62,244 bases of DNA, from positions 1-62,244 of IMG/VR virus record IMGVR_UViG_3300021478_000003. One strand, 5' to 3'. The stretch comes from a virus. Lineage: Duplodnaviria > Caudoviricetes. Each line of letters starts with the position of its first letter. Positions within the stretch are counted from its first letter, which is position 1. Positions 10,019 to 20,396 of the stretch are shown one piece after another. Below the pieces are notes generated by a model. It searched no databases. It worked only from the letters and a program-made list of their open reading frames with translations, and was not told the origin of the DNA. Position numbers and translations under genes: made by a program.

Positions 10019-10465
10019 TTATGCCAGTTGCACAAGCGCGTTGCCAGCAGTGTTGCCTGGCATCGTGAGCGTGAACGTACCGGCAGTGATTGTTTGTGGC
10101 CCGAAGTTGTGGGATGACACAGCCTTGTTGGCCTGGGTCGAGTTGTAGATCAGCACCGTGTCGAACGCCGAGGCCAGCGTCAGGCCTGCCCACACCAGAC
10201 TACCCGAGGGTGTCCAGCATGCGGTAGAGCCGGACAAGGCCGGTGCCGACGCGTTGGTGACAGCCGCGCCGCCCGCCGTGTAGCCGGTGCCACTGGCTTC
10301 GCCGGTAGCGGAGTAAGCCGCAGTGGCAGCGCCGATGGACTGGTTGATGAGATAGAGGGCAGCCTTGAACGCGTCTGCCGCACGGTAGGCCGCGCTGAAT
10401 GCGTGGTAGCCGTTGAGCAGATCGGTCTTGAAGCTGTTGCAGATTGCAGGTACGTTTGCGGCCAT
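10019..10465 (-). CDS. Putative virion/tail-associated protein
   Basis: FK.ALY....E.SGTGYTAGG pattern typical of phage tail accessory proteins. Confidence 0.65.
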   Translation of the reverse strand: MAANVPAICNSFKTDLLNGYHAFSAAYRAADAFKAALYLINQSIGAATAAYSATGEASGTGYTAGGAAVTNASAPALSGSTACWTPSGSLVWAGLTLASAFDTVLIYNSTQANKAVSSHNFGPQTITAGTFTLTMPGNTAGNALVQLA

Positions 10466-10474
10466 GACGTTCTC

Positions 10475-10684
10475 CTAGAAGTGACCGGCAGCGGACTCGC
10501 TGGGCGGTAGTTTGTGAACCGTTGCGTGGGCGCTGCGGTGGACCATCAGCATCGAATGAGGCAGGTAGTACTCAACCCAGTCGACGCGGGTGTATTCATC
10601 GTCCTGCATGCCCCAGCGCTTGAACAGCAGCGACTCATCCATCTCGCTGCGCTCACCATTTATCTCCACTAATATCATTGCCAT
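10475..10684 (-). CDS. Hypothetical protein
   Basis: Fits the operon spacing. Confidence 0.55.
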   Translation of the reverse strand: MAMILVEINGERSEMDESLLFKRWGMQDDEYTRVDWVEYYLPHSMLMVHRSAHATVHKLPPSESAAGHF

Positions 10685-10692
10685 TGCAGCCC

Positions 10693-11280
10693 CTATTGAA
10701 TCGTCAAAATGCCGTCCATGATCTGGGTCACGATGCCGCTTGTGTCAGTCACGTCGAGCCGGAAGTACGCGGAGTTCCACAGCAGGCCAGCAGTTGCCAG
10801 CAACGGGTTGATCGTCTTGCCGGTGAAGTCGAGCGTGATCCCGCTGCCGCTGGTTAAGGTCAACAACGGCGTGCCGGTAGGCGTCGTCGGATCGTAGAAC
10901 GACATCGTTGCGGTCATGCCCGCTTGCAGGCCGGGGGTGCTGTACACCAGAAAACCACCGGACGCATAGACAGTCGCATTGGCCGAATTGGTATCGACTA
11001 GCGCCACGTTGTTCGCATCGATCACCGAAACCTCATCCCAATCATTACCGGAGGGCGGGTAGCGTGTCGCATTGATCTGCGTCATGCCAAGCGCAGAGAC
11101 CACAGCGGCCTGCCAGCCGTCAGGGATGCCATGATTGTTTGCAGTCACCACGGCCGGCGCGGACTGTGAGATCGCCGAGATCGGTTTGCTGATGAGCACG
11201 TCAGTCCCCCACCGGATCACCGGATGGAACGTAGCGCCGATCCCGACGCAAAAGTTTTGAGTGTTTCCGCAGCAGCTCAT
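10693..11280 (-). CDS. Virion protein with an FCCH-like beta insert
   Basis: ISAISQSAPAVVTANNHG..DG pattern seen in phage tail proteins; RBS AAGGAG. Confidence 0.6.
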   Translation of the reverse strand: MSCCGNTQNFCVGIGATFHPVIRWGTDVLISKPISAISQSAPAVVTANNHGIPDGWQAAVVSALGMTQINATRYPPSGNDWDEVSVIDANNVALVDTNSANATVYASGGFLVYSTPGLQAGMTATMSFYDPTTPTGTPLLTLTSGSGITLDFTGKTINPLLATAGLLWNSAYFRLDVTDTSGIVTQIMDGILTIQ

Positions 11281-11304
11281 GACCTACTCCTTAGTTGACC
11301 GCCA

Positions 11305-14300
11305 TTATGGCATAGCGGCGTTGCTGCCCTTGGCAAATCGCAGCTTCTGATTCTGCACTGCGAACTGTTTGGCGTTCGTCGCCCCCACGCCAGTACCTGA
11401 CATCAGCCCTGACGCCTGCAGCATGATGTGCTGCCGCAGTGTGTTCATCAGCGCGTCGCCAGTGATCGGCTGGTAGGGGTTCTTCTGGTTGTATTCGCGC
11501 ATCTCCTGCATCGCATCCTGCATCGCCTCGGGATCACCCTGCGCCTGCATGATGTGAGTACGGATCACGTTCGAGCGATCAGCCAGGCGCTCCTGATCGG
11601 CCATGCTGTACTCTTGCGCTTCAGCCTGCACAGCTTTGTCCGCTGGCCGCAATCCGACGCTCTGCCATGCGATGTCGCTGTTCGTCACCGGCAGGCCGAT
11701 AGGGTTGCCCTTGCTATCGGTGTAGCCCTTCTGCGACAGCTCCCAGGCTTTGAAGTAACCCTTCAGGCCGGACGGGAGCGCCGCCTCAATCCCCTTCATG
11801 TAGTACCCATCATGAATCTTCACGGCCGCATTGGTCACGTCGATAGCGCCGTTGAGCGCTGGGCCGAGGAGACTCTGCGACAGATCGTCCAGTCGATCCT
11901 TCATCAAGCGGCGGCTGGCGATAAACTCGGAACCTGGCAGCAGATTCTGGAGACCGAACGTCGAGGTGTCCACACCGACAGCGGAGCCGATGCCGTGCGA
12001 CAGCACGTTGCCGATCTCAGGGCCGAACATGTCGGCCAAGCCGTTGCGTGCGCTCTCACGGATGTCGGTCGGGTTATCTTCGTCCGAGGTCAGCATGTTA
12101 TAGACGCCGGCTGCGGCGTTGACGAACGGGAGGCCCATCGCGCCGGAGATCATGGCGGTGGTGGCGAACAGGCCGGCGAACTCTTTCTTCGCTTCCTTGG
12201 AACGCTGCAGACCCTCCGGCGACTGGTCGCGGTTGAACATACCATCGTGCACCGTGCGAGCGATCTGCTGCATCGTCTGCATGGAGTAGTTCATGAACTG
12301 CGTGGCCAGCGGTGTGACTTTGCCGAACACACCGTTCTTGCCGATGTCGCGGGCGGTGTTGTAGGAGTCGAAGTTGTCCATCGCGTTGACGATGGCATTG
12401 CGGGCGTAGTCCACATTCGCTTCGTACCCTTGCTGCGTCACATCCGGGCGGCCCTTTTCAGCAAGCCGGAAAGCAGCCAGGCCGGTAATGAGCCGGTTCG
12501 TCATCTCCGCGTACTGTGCTGTCATCGACGCCACACGGGTCAAGTCCTGCACTTTCTGGCTACCACCGAGGACCATCTTCTGAAGCTGCTGTGCCTGACC
12601 AAGCTTCAGATCACCACTATCGTGCAGGTCTTGGACGAATTGTTCCTCCCGTGGAGTCAAGCCCATGTCCTTGAATTTCATGCTGCCGTTGGCCAGACCG
12701 GCCAAGCCATCGCTGGCCCAGCCTTGCTGAATCGAATTCTTGATGATGTTGAGCGATACGGGCGTGGCACCGAACATCTCTTTCGATGCGTTGGCAAAGC
12801 CATAGCGCGAGCCGAGGATCGGGATGCCACGGTGCCACGGTTGCGCCATGGTGCGGATATAAAATGCGGGTGCGACAGCCAGGTAGAAGCTGTGACCGAG
12901 CGAGTTGATGAGGTTCACCGTCGAATTGTCGACTGGCTGCATGGAGTTGGCGTGCCGCGTGTTGATTTCATCCGCGACGATCTGGCCCTTCTCCTGCATC
13001 TCAGGATTGCCGGCGCGGGACAAGTTATCCATGGCTGCACCGATCTGCTTGAACGCATCCGAGAACGCTGGAGCCGAGTATATGTTCGCGGTATCGTTGA
13101 CGCCGCCACCGGCACGCCGAGCGAAATTTCCTTGGAAGTCACCATCGTAGCCGGGGATACCCATACGCTTGATGGACGACAGCTTAGTCGAAGTCTCAGG
13201 CAGCATTGACAGGAACTTGCGGGTCATCGCTTCCTTCATCAGATCAGCCTGCGGCCCCTGCAAGCCTGGGTTGTTATCAATGCTTTCGTGCAGAGTAGCC
13301 AGCACTGAGCGTAACGCTTCGGAGATGCCGGCGCGGCTCGACAGGTTGCTCTTGTCGGATAAGACCCCGGAAGCGAGCGAGTCCTGCGAGAGTTTGTCAC
13401 CCATCGCAGCGACCATCTTGGCGCGCATGCCCACAGCCTGGTCCATCGTATCGAACCGGAAGAATGCATGGTCTTGGTTCGTATAGTCGCCCAGCACTTT
13501 GTTGGTGCCCGACAGCGCTTTCTCCATCTTCGCCCACGTCGCATCGTCCATGTTCTCGAAGCCCACGTGCAGGAAATAGTTGCCATCACGGCCGGCGCTG
13601 TAGTACGGGTTGCGCACGAGGTTGTCGTAGATGTCGGCTTGCGCTTCGATCTGGGTGCGCAGCGCGTTACCTTCCGGCAGCTTGCCGGCATCGGCGATAG
13701 CTGCACGGATGCGGCCATCTAACGTAGCGCTATGACCGTCGAAGAACATTTTGGTATTCGTGTTGCGTTGGTTCTGCAAATCCTTGTTCATGAAGTCGAG
13801 ACCAGGGACGTGCTGCGCCATGCTGGCGTTCTCATCCGACTGATTGCTCTGCGCGGTAATCAGGTTCTTAATGATCGACGCGGTGTCGATGATGGTAGCC
13901 TGGCGGTGAATTTTCGCCCCGTCCACGATGGCCTGTGCTGCGGCTGGATCGGACCGCGACAACTGTGTGAACTTGCGATAAATGCCATCGATATACGGCT
14001 TGTTCGACGGCGACAGCTCAGGCCGATCCCGTGCGTTATCGTTGAAATTCATCGTCGGATCGAAGCCACCGATAGAGCTGCCGGTGCCGATCTCGGCCAT
14101 CTGTTTATTGAGGGACCGCGCATCCTCGTTCTTCATGCCACGGAACATTTTCTGGAGACGATCGTTAAACAAACCGGCGTTCTCACCCGCACGTAGCGCC
14201 GCCTGGCGCTGGCCGGCGTGGGCATCAATGATACCGTCGACACCCTTGTCGAGTCCGGCCGCCACCATCTCAGGCAGAGCGCGCACGCGGTCGGCCATAT

Positions 14301-17178
14301 ACATCATGGTCTTGGCACCGGATAGCACGCGGAACACGGCTATGTCTAATCCCTTGATGCTGACCTTGTTGCCGATGGTGTCGATAGCCTTGGCGATGCC
14401 GGTAAGCGAATCATCGGTGACATCACCCGCACCCTTCATGGATGAGTTGAACTGGCTGTCGCGCTGAATAGCCGTCTTTTGCGAAGCTATCAAATCCTTG
14501 TAAGTGTCGCTGGAGAAGAACGGGCCTTGCAAGTCCATCGCCTTTTCTAACGCGGTCTTCTGATTCGGCTCCATGCCCAGCAGCTTGCGCACTGCGTCCA
14601 CAGTGCGGCCCCACAAGCTCTTGGTGTCCAAGAACTTTTGGAATTCAGGGTTCGTGTTCAGTTCGGCCAAAAACTCCTTTGGGTCGGTCAAGCCGTATGG
14701 CTTTTCTCCAAAGGTGCGGTCGATGGCAGCGATGCGAATTTTGTTCAGCTCTTTGTAATTCTGCTTGAGCTGCGCTTCCACTTGGTTGCGCGGCTTGTCG
14801 ATCTGCGACGCCGCCACCAGCCGCATAGTCGTCGCGGCATGGGTCAATTCGTGCAGCACCACGTGTTCAGATTCGCCGCCTTCAGCGAAACTGGCTTTGT
14901 CGTTTATGCCGTCATAGAAACCCAGAGTGCCGTGGTTCAATTCGCCTGGCTCGGCCATGCCCATCTTCGTCTTCAGACCATACGACTGAAGCTTGGTAGC
15001 CAAATCGCGCACCCATGGTTCAGAGCCGTTATCGGCCAGGTGCTGAAGCATACTGGAAGCGTCGGCGTTCGGCGCAAGTAACTGCTTGACGATGCCTACA
15101 CTCCGGGCTTCCGAATTGACTGGGGCTTGGTACTCGGACCGGAACGACTTGGTGTAAGGAGTCGCGGTTTGATTGGCGAAATCGGTGATGTCTTTGATGT
15201 AGGCGTCGGCATCATTGCGCGTACCGCTCAACGATTTGTTGAGTGTGGTGCGTAGCCCTTGCGCATCTTCAAAGCGCTCCTGCTCCAGTGGCGTCAGCTC
15301 TTCACCAGCGCGCAGGCGCTCATTGAACGAAGCCACGGTGGCGTCCAGCTTATCGGCGGCGGCCTGCGCGTTCTCACGCACGGATGAGGTAGATGGCACA
15401 GGCTCTGCCGGTGGCTTGGCAGTGTTGGTTTCAGGCGGCACGGTGGCAGTGATATCGGCCGCAGCCTTGACCACCGGTTCAGTTGCGGCGGCCGCAGTAG
15501 CCACATCAGATGCAGCACCTGGGATATCCGAAGCAGGGATCACCGGGGTGGCAGCAGCCACTTGCTGGGCTTCCACTTCTGGCGTTGGAGCCGCCTCGCC
15601 CTTCAGGTTCTGGGCCAGCGTATCGTAGATCGAATATGACAGGGTGCTTTGCTTGGTCGCATCGCGGGCCGTTTCCAGCGCAGCGATCTTCTCGGCCGGT
15701 GTACCTAGCGCGTCGACGGCGGCGACCGTCTTGTTCAACTTAGCCAGGTACTGGCCGCGCAGACCGGATGGGTCGATCTGCGCATCCGACATCTGCTGTT
15801 GCCATGTTGCCTTGAGTGAATTGGCTTCTGGCTCGATAGGCTGGGCACCGTATCCCAACAGCTTGGCGCGAGCGGCGACCTGCTGATCCTCCGGCAAGCC
15901 TGCGATATAGGCGTCAGCCTGGGCGCGAGTACCCAAGGAACCGTCCGGGAACGCAATCAGCGGGTTCGGCTTGTTCTCGATACCCAGCGGCGCTGCCGGC
16001 GCGACGGTCTGATGCTCTGACAAGAGGTTGTCAATTGGCGTAGTCTCGACGCTTTTGAGCGTGTCCACAGGTACTGTGCTGAGACCTGCTTGGAAGCTAT
16101 CCTGCTGTTGAGCCTGGGCTTCCCTGCGTATCTGCTCCATGGCTCCGGCGACGCCTGCTTCCGGGCCGATAGTCGATGGTGCCTCGGTAGGCGTTGTGGC
16201 ATGCATCGCGGTCAATTGATCCTCAATCGACGCCGAGGACGCTTTGCCTTTGTTCAATGTTTGATCCACAACAGCTTGACCGCCAGTTACCGGGGCCGGT
16301 GGTGTTTCAGGTGTACCTGGGTTCGGCAGCGGCTCGCCTGCAGCCATGTCGGCGTTAGCCGAATCGGTCATGCCCTTGAGCGCTTCCTTCTGCGGGTTCG
16401 AGCCAAGCAAGGTGCCTAGGAGCGCACCGGTCACGCCGCTCACAGCAGCATTGGTCCAGTCAAACGGTTGCTGTAGTTCAGGGTGATCGCCCAGCACTGC
16501 GTTCTGCGCGACGCGGCCGGCTTCGCTAGTGGCCACACCTGACGCAGCTCCAGTTGCAGCGCGCAACAGTTTGCCCCCTTGGGCTGCCATCGGCACCGCG
16601 CCTGTTACAGTACCTGTCACAGCCTGCACCAAGCCCGAAGCCCCCGCAGTTTCTGTGTCAACACCTTGACGTACAAGGTTGCCTGCCTGCGCCACACCTG
16701 ATAGCGCAGACGGCGTAGCCATCGCACCCATGCCGGTGATCGCACGGCCCGCGAAGCCTGCAACGGCTGGAGCGTCAAGCGCGCCGCCCGTGGCAATCGC
16801 AGCGACCGCTGCCGGCACCATGCCGCCGACGCCATACGCGACCTTGTTCCCGAACGTATCTTCGCCAGGCTGAAGTGCCTGCTTGTCCGCATAGTTGGCG
16901 AGCGGATCGACGGCGTGTTTGAAATACCAGTCCTGCGCTGAAGTCGTGTCCTGACCAGTGAACGCACTGCGCGCTGCGTCGAGCGCGATGGCCGGAACGC
17001 TACCCACTAGCGCTGCACCTTCACCGAGGCCGGCGACGCCCGCTTTCAGGCCGCTCATAGCCGAACCCACCAGTCCGCGTTTCACTGGTGGGCGGGGCTG
17101 ATCTATCGTCACGGTATTAGGGTCAATCACACCTGTGACGGGTGCATCAGGGATTACTGAGTTTTGGTCGATATCCAT
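11305..17178 (-). CDS. Large internal virion/ejection protein (polyvalent type: zincin HExxH plus PLxRFG-like C-terminal region)
   Basis: 1957 aa; Gly/Ala hydrophobic N-terminus; VVLHELTHAAT at 14839-14853; PYYSAGRDGNY resembles the PLxRFG signature. Confidence 0.72.
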   Translation of the reverse strand: MDIDQNSVIPDAPVTGVIDPNTVTIDQPRPPVKRGLVGSAMSGLKAGVAGLGEGAALVGSVPAIALDAARSAFTGQDTTSAQDWYFKHAVDPLANYADKQALQPGEDTFGNKVAYGVGGMVPAAVAAIATGGALDAPAVAGFAGRAITGMGAMATPSALSGVAQAGNLVRQGVDTETAGASGLVQAVTGTVTGAVPMAAQGGKLLRAATGAASGVATSEAGRVAQNAVLGDHPELQQPFDWTNAAVSGVTGALLGTLLGSNPQKEALKGMTDSANADMAAGEPLPNPGTPETPPAPVTGGQAVVDQTLNKGKASSASIEDQLTAMHATTPTEAPSTIGPEAGVAGAMEQIRREAQAQQQDSFQAGLSTVPVDTLKSVETTPIDNLLSEHQTVAPAAPLGIENKPNPLIAFPDGSLGTRAQADAYIAGLPEDQQVAARAKLLGYGAQPIEPEANSLKATWQQQMSDAQIDPSGLRGQYLAKLNKTVAAVDALGTPAEKIAALETARDATKQSTLSYSIYDTLAQNLKGEAAPTPEVEAQQVAAATPVIPASDIPGAASDVATAAAATEPVVKAAADITATVPPETNTAKPPAEPVPSTSSVRENAQAAADKLDATVASFNERLRAGEELTPLEQERFEDAQGLRTTLNKSLSGTRNDADAYIKDITDFANQTATPYTKSFRSEYQAPVNSEARSVGIVKQLLAPNADASSMLQHLADNGSEPWVRDLATKLQSYGLKTKMGMAEPGELNHGTLGFYDGINDKASFAEGGESEHVVLHELTHAATTMRLVAASQIDKPRNQVEAQLKQNYKELNKIRIAAIDRTFGEKPYGLTDPKEFLAELNTNPEFQKFLDTKSLWGRTVDAVRKLLGMEPNQKTALEKAMDLQGPFFSSDTYKDLIASQKTAIQRDSQFNSSMKGAGDVTDDSLTGIAKAIDTIGNKVSIKGLDIAVFRVLSGAKTMMYMADRVRALPEMVAAGLDKGVDGIIDAHAGQRQAALRAGENAGLFNDRLQKMFRGMKNEDARSLNKQMAEIGTGSSIGGFDPTMNFNDNARDRPELSPSNKPYIDGIYRKFTQLSRSDPAAAQAIVDGAKIHRQATIIDTASIIKNLITAQSNQSDENASMAQHVPGLDFMNKDLQNQRNTNTKMFFDGHSATLDGRIRAAIADAGKLPEGNALRTQIEAQADIYDNLVRNPYYSAGRDGNYFLHVGFENMDDATWAKMEKALSGTNKVLGDYTNQDHAFFRFDTMDQAVGMRAKMVAAMGDKLSQDSLASGVLSDKSNLSSRAGISEALRSVLATLHESIDNNPGLQGPQADLMKEAMTRKFLSMLPETSTKLSSIKRMGIPGYDGDFQGNFARRAGGGVNDTANIYSAPAFSDAFKQIGAAMDNLSRAGNPEMQEKGQIVADEINTRHANSMQPVDNSTVNLINSLGHSFYLAVAPAFYIRTMAQPWHRGIPILGSRYGFANASKEMFGATPVSLNIIKNSIQQGWASDGLAGLANGSMKFKDMGLTPREEQFVQDLHDSGDLKLGQAQQLQKMVLGGSQKVQDLTRVASMTAQYAEMTNRLITGLAAFRLAEKGRPDVTQQGYEANVDYARNAIVNAMDNFDSYNTARDIGKNGVFGKVTPLATQFMNYSMQTMQQIARTVHDGMFNRDQSPEGLQRSKEAKKEFAGLFATTAMISGAMGLPFVNAAAGVYNMLTSDEDNPTDIRESARNGLADMFGPEIGNVLSHGIGSAVGVDTSTFGLQNLLPGSEFIASRRLMKDRLDDLSQSLLGPALNGAIDVTNAAVKIHDGYYMKGIEAALPSGLKGYFKAWELSQKGYTDSKGNPIGLPVTNSDIAWQSVGLRPADKAVQAEAQEYSMADQERLADRSNVIRTHIMQAQGDPEAMQDAMQEMREYNQKNPYQPITGDALMNTLRQHIMLQASGLMSGTGVGATNAKQFAVQNQKLRFAKGSNAAMP

Positions 17179-17181
17179 GTT

Positions 17182-18333
17182 TTAGCTGCCTGCTGGTTGC
17201 CACGATCCGTTCTTGAACACGACTGCTTGGCCGCTAGGCGTTTTGCCAGTCATGCCTTCTTTTGGTTTCGCCGCTTCTTGACGCTGCGCCTCCGCACCTG
17301 ATGGCGTAAAGGAGTAGTGGCCGTTGGCGTCACGCACGCGGTTCTGGAATGTAGGCACCACTATCGGTAGCATGCCGCCAGGAGGTACGATACCGACACC
17401 ACCGGCCTGCACAGGTGTGGCTTCCAGCTGTTCGCGCTGCTGTGCGATCTCGGCAGCGGTGCGCGCCGACGCCTGGTCACTGCCGTACATGCTGGCACCC
17501 GCGCCGATACCCGCGCTAGTGATGCCCGCGATAGACTGGTTGAGCGAGTCAGCACCTTGACCCTGTACACCGCCAAAATTGTTGTTGCCGAGGGCAGCGA
17601 CTAAATGGCCGAGGCGATAACTGTAGTTGTCCGGGTTGCCCTGGCGTGCTGCCTCCATGATGTCGGCTAGGCCGTGCTGACGATAAGCTTCCTGTTGCTG
17701 GAAGCCAGTCGCAATCGCACTGCGTGGGTCCACAAAGCCGTTCGGCAGCCCCGGCGTCGCGCCCCAGCTAGATGTGTTCGGCGCGACCTGGCCACCTCGG
17801 ATCACTTCGATATTATTCGGGAATCCGTTACGTGCAGATAGGCTGGCATCGCCTGGCGTTTCACTGGCTGCCGATGGCGTTGACGCCTGAGCTGCAGATG
17901 CCGCGCCTATAGCGCTACCGTTGTTATTGGCAGCGCGAGTAGGCGTCGTGGTCAACTGCGGTAGCGGGGTGGATGGGCCAAAGGTAGTTGGGTCCACCAT
18001 CTTCAGTTGCTGAAGCTGCGTCGGCGACACTTGGCTCAGGTCCAGATTCGCCGTGGAGTACGGGGAACCGGTTGTGTTCAGCGGTGCAGTCGGTGCCACA
18101 TTCATACCTGTGTTCACGCCGGCCGGTGCCGAGGCAGTAGGTGCCACAGGTGCGTTACCGACACCTGGCAGCGAGATGCCTTGCGCCATCAGTTGATTGG
18201 CTAAAGAGCCGAGCGGACTTGTGGCCACGCCTGCGCCTGGGTTGACGATAGGACGTGTGCCAGTCACGTTCAGTTGGTTCAGTGTAGGCAAGCCCTGAGT
18301 GTTCAAGCCCTGCATCGCGTTGAGATCAGCCAT
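17182..18333 (-). CDS. Putative internal virion (ejection) protein
   Basis: Gly/Ala/Gln/Pro-rich; directly upstream of the giant protein. Confidence 0.6.
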   Translation of the reverse strand: MADLNAMQGLNTQGLPTLNQLNVTGTRPIVNPGAGVATSPLGSLANQLMAQGISLPGVGNAPVAPTASAPAGVNTGMNVAPTAPLNTTGSPYSTANLDLSQVSPTQLQQLKMVDPTTFGPSTPLPQLTTTPTRAANNNGSAIGAASAAQASTPSAASETPGDASLSARNGFPNNIEVIRGGQVAPNTSSWGATPGLPNGFVDPRSAIATGFQQQEAYRQHGLADIMEAARQGNPDNYSYRLGHLVAALGNNNFGGVQGQGADSLNQSIAGITSAGIGAGASMYGSDQASARTAAEIAQQREQLEATPVQAGGVGIVPPGGMLPIVVPTFQNRVRDANGHYSFTPSGAEAQRQEAAKPKEGMTGKTPSGQAVVFKNGSWQPAGS

Positions 18334-18345
18334 GATGTTTGCCTC

Positions 18346-20367
18346 TTACGGATTGTAGTTGTAGTTCATATTGGTGTTAGTGCCCTGCGAAGTCTGCGTC
18401 GAGTTGATCGTACTGTTCGACGTAGCGTTCGTGGTGCTGTTCGATTCGCTAGTGGAACTAGAAGTCACCTGCGAAGCGGAAAGTGAATTGCTGTTCGAGA
18501 AGCCCACGTTGTACGCAGTATGATCGCCGATCTGCGCGGACAGATTGACCGACGACAGAGACGCGGCCGCCAGTTGCGCAGCGACCTGCGCGCCACCTTT
18601 GATCGCTTCGATCAGCAGATTGGTTTCCTGCACCAGCGTCTGTACATTGGCCTTTGCAGCTTCGATCCGCAGATTACCCTCGGCCACTTGTACGTCGACC
18701 TGCGCTTTGAACAGATTGACCTGCGACGCGACGCGGGACGATTCGCCTTGCACCTCAGCCGAATACACCTGGGTGCCGGCTTCCAGTGTCTTGACCACGG
18801 CACCGACGCGTTCGGATTCAGCCTGCACTTCAGTGCGGTACACGTCAGTGCGGACCTTGAATAAGTCGAGCGGCACCTTCTGGCTGATGTCGAGTTCGAT
18901 CTGCTTCTGAGCGACGCCGGCATCGACCATGGCGCGGAATCCATTCACGATGCTGCCGTATGCATCGGCCTGCGTCTTGTAGATGCTAATCTTGGCCACC
19001 TGTGCATTCACTGCAGTTTCGTAGCCTTGGTATTCGGCTGACTTGGCGCGCACGGTTTCGGCATATGCACCCACCTGTGCAGCGAAGCCTTCGATGGTGG
19101 TCTTGTTGACCAGCGCCACCGTGTTGGCAGCGTCGACCTTGGCCTTGAATACATCCACCAAGGTTTGCACACCCAGGAGCTGCGATTTGTAGACCTCGAC
19201 CTGCTGCATGTTCAGCTCGCCGATCAGCTTCTGGCCATCCAGTTGCGCACGATAGATATCCAGCTTGGCCAACTCGGCTTGCAGGGTCGCTTTATAGGCT
19301 TCCACTTCAGCGGCAAATGCCTGTACCTGGGCGGCAAATGCCTGCACCTCTTCGTGGTAGATGTCGATGCCGATCTGCTGCGCGAATTTGGCTGCTTCCA
19401 AAGCGCGAGTGGCGATCTGGCCATTGTAAGTAATGAGACCTTCCTCGACTTTCCACGCTTGGTCGAACGCGAAGCGCCGATTGCTCTGTTCGAGATCAGC
19501 CTGCTTAATCATCACGTCACGGGACAAGTCCGTGTTCGTGGTTTGCGAGTTCTGAAGCGCGTCCGAAATTTCGAGCGACATCGCGCCTGGCGGTTTGCGG
19601 AAGCCACGCTGCGCATAGTTACGGATAGTCTCACGCAGCTTGCGGCCTACGACTGCATTCTCGCGGGTGCGGCCGCGATCCCAGATCGCTTGCTCGACTT
19701 GCGGCGGTAGGCCGGTGTACGTACCGTTGACCCACGTGTCCAGATTGCTGCGCAAGTCCTGCAGCAGATTGGAGGTGTAAGTCTGCTCTTGGAACGCGAA
19801 GATGTACTGCGGCGCGAGTGGCGAGCCAGGGAGGATCGCAGTGAACGTTGGTAGGTTCAGCAGGGGGGCCACAGGTACTTCGATACCCAGCAGGCTAGGC
19901 ACAGCCGGCAGCGGTGTGTCAGGCGCAGCAGGCACAACGACATTCAGCAGCGACGGTGCGAGCGGCGCGGTCTGGGTCAGCGGCACCGGGGCTGGAAAGT
20001 CGAGGTTGACCGGCAGCGGCACGGCGGTGAACTGCGGGGCTGCGCCCACGTCGAGCGGCGCTACCGGGACTAGCGTTGGGTCGGCCGGCACCGGAGGCAG
20101 CGTCATGGCCAGGCCAGGAGGGATTACCGGCACTGGAGGCGGCACGTAGGGGGTCACGACCGCATTAATCGGGGTCAAGTCAACGTTGACAGGCGGGATA
20201 GCCTGAATACGGTTCGCGGCCTGACTAAGCTGGTTAAGGAATGCCTGGGCGTTATTGAAGGCAGAAGACGCATAGCCCTGGGCATTCTGGAAGCCGTCCG
20301 TCACCAGCACAGAAGCCCCTGTGGATTGGGGCGGTGGTGGTAGCGGAAGGCCGGGATCGAGTGCCAT
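18346..20367 (-). CDS. Putative internal virion protein, Pro-rich N-terminus plus long coiled coil
   Basis: 673 aa with Y.A.V.A heptad-like repeats and a Ser/Thr tail. Confidence 0.62.
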   Translation of the reverse strand: MALDPGLPLPPPPQSTGASVLVTDGFQNAQGYASSAFNNAQAFLNQLSQAANRIQAIPPVNVDLTPINAVVTPYVPPPVPVIPPGLAMTLPPVPADPTLVPVAPLDVGAAPQFTAVPLPVNLDFPAPVPLTQTAPLAPSLLNVVVPAAPDTPLPAVPSLLGIEVPVAPLLNLPTFTAILPGSPLAPQYIFAFQEQTYTSNLLQDLRSNLDTWVNGTYTGLPPQVEQAIWDRGRTRENAVVGRKLRETIRNYAQRGFRKPPGAMSLEISDALQNSQTTNTDLSRDVMIKQADLEQSNRRFAFDQAWKVEEGLITYNGQIATRALEAAKFAQQIGIDIYHEEVQAFAAQVQAFAAEVEAYKATLQAELAKLDIYRAQLDGQKLIGELNMQQVEVYKSQLLGVQTLVDVFKAKVDAANTVALVNKTTIEGFAAQVGAYAETVRAKSAEYQGYETAVNAQVAKISIYKTQADAYGSIVNGFRAMVDAGVAQKQIELDISQKVPLDLFKVRTDVYRTEVQAESERVGAVVKTLEAGTQVYSAEVQGESSRVASQVNLFKAQVDVQVAEGNLRIEAAKANVQTLVQETNLLIEAIKGGAQVAAQLAAASLSSVNLSAQIGDHTAYNVGFSNSNSLSASQVTSSSTSESNSTTNATSNSTINSTQTSQGTNTNMNYNYNP

Positions 20368-20396
20368 GGTGGTTCCCCTAGTAATTTTCTAGCACA

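Noticed and set aside
11428-13209. 593-aa plus-strand ORF (and similar ORFs such as 1517..2923 minus, 27163..28179 plus, 30406..31272 plus, 61118..61891 minus)
   Set aside because: Antisense shadows of well-supported genes in GC-rich DNA, with no motifs.
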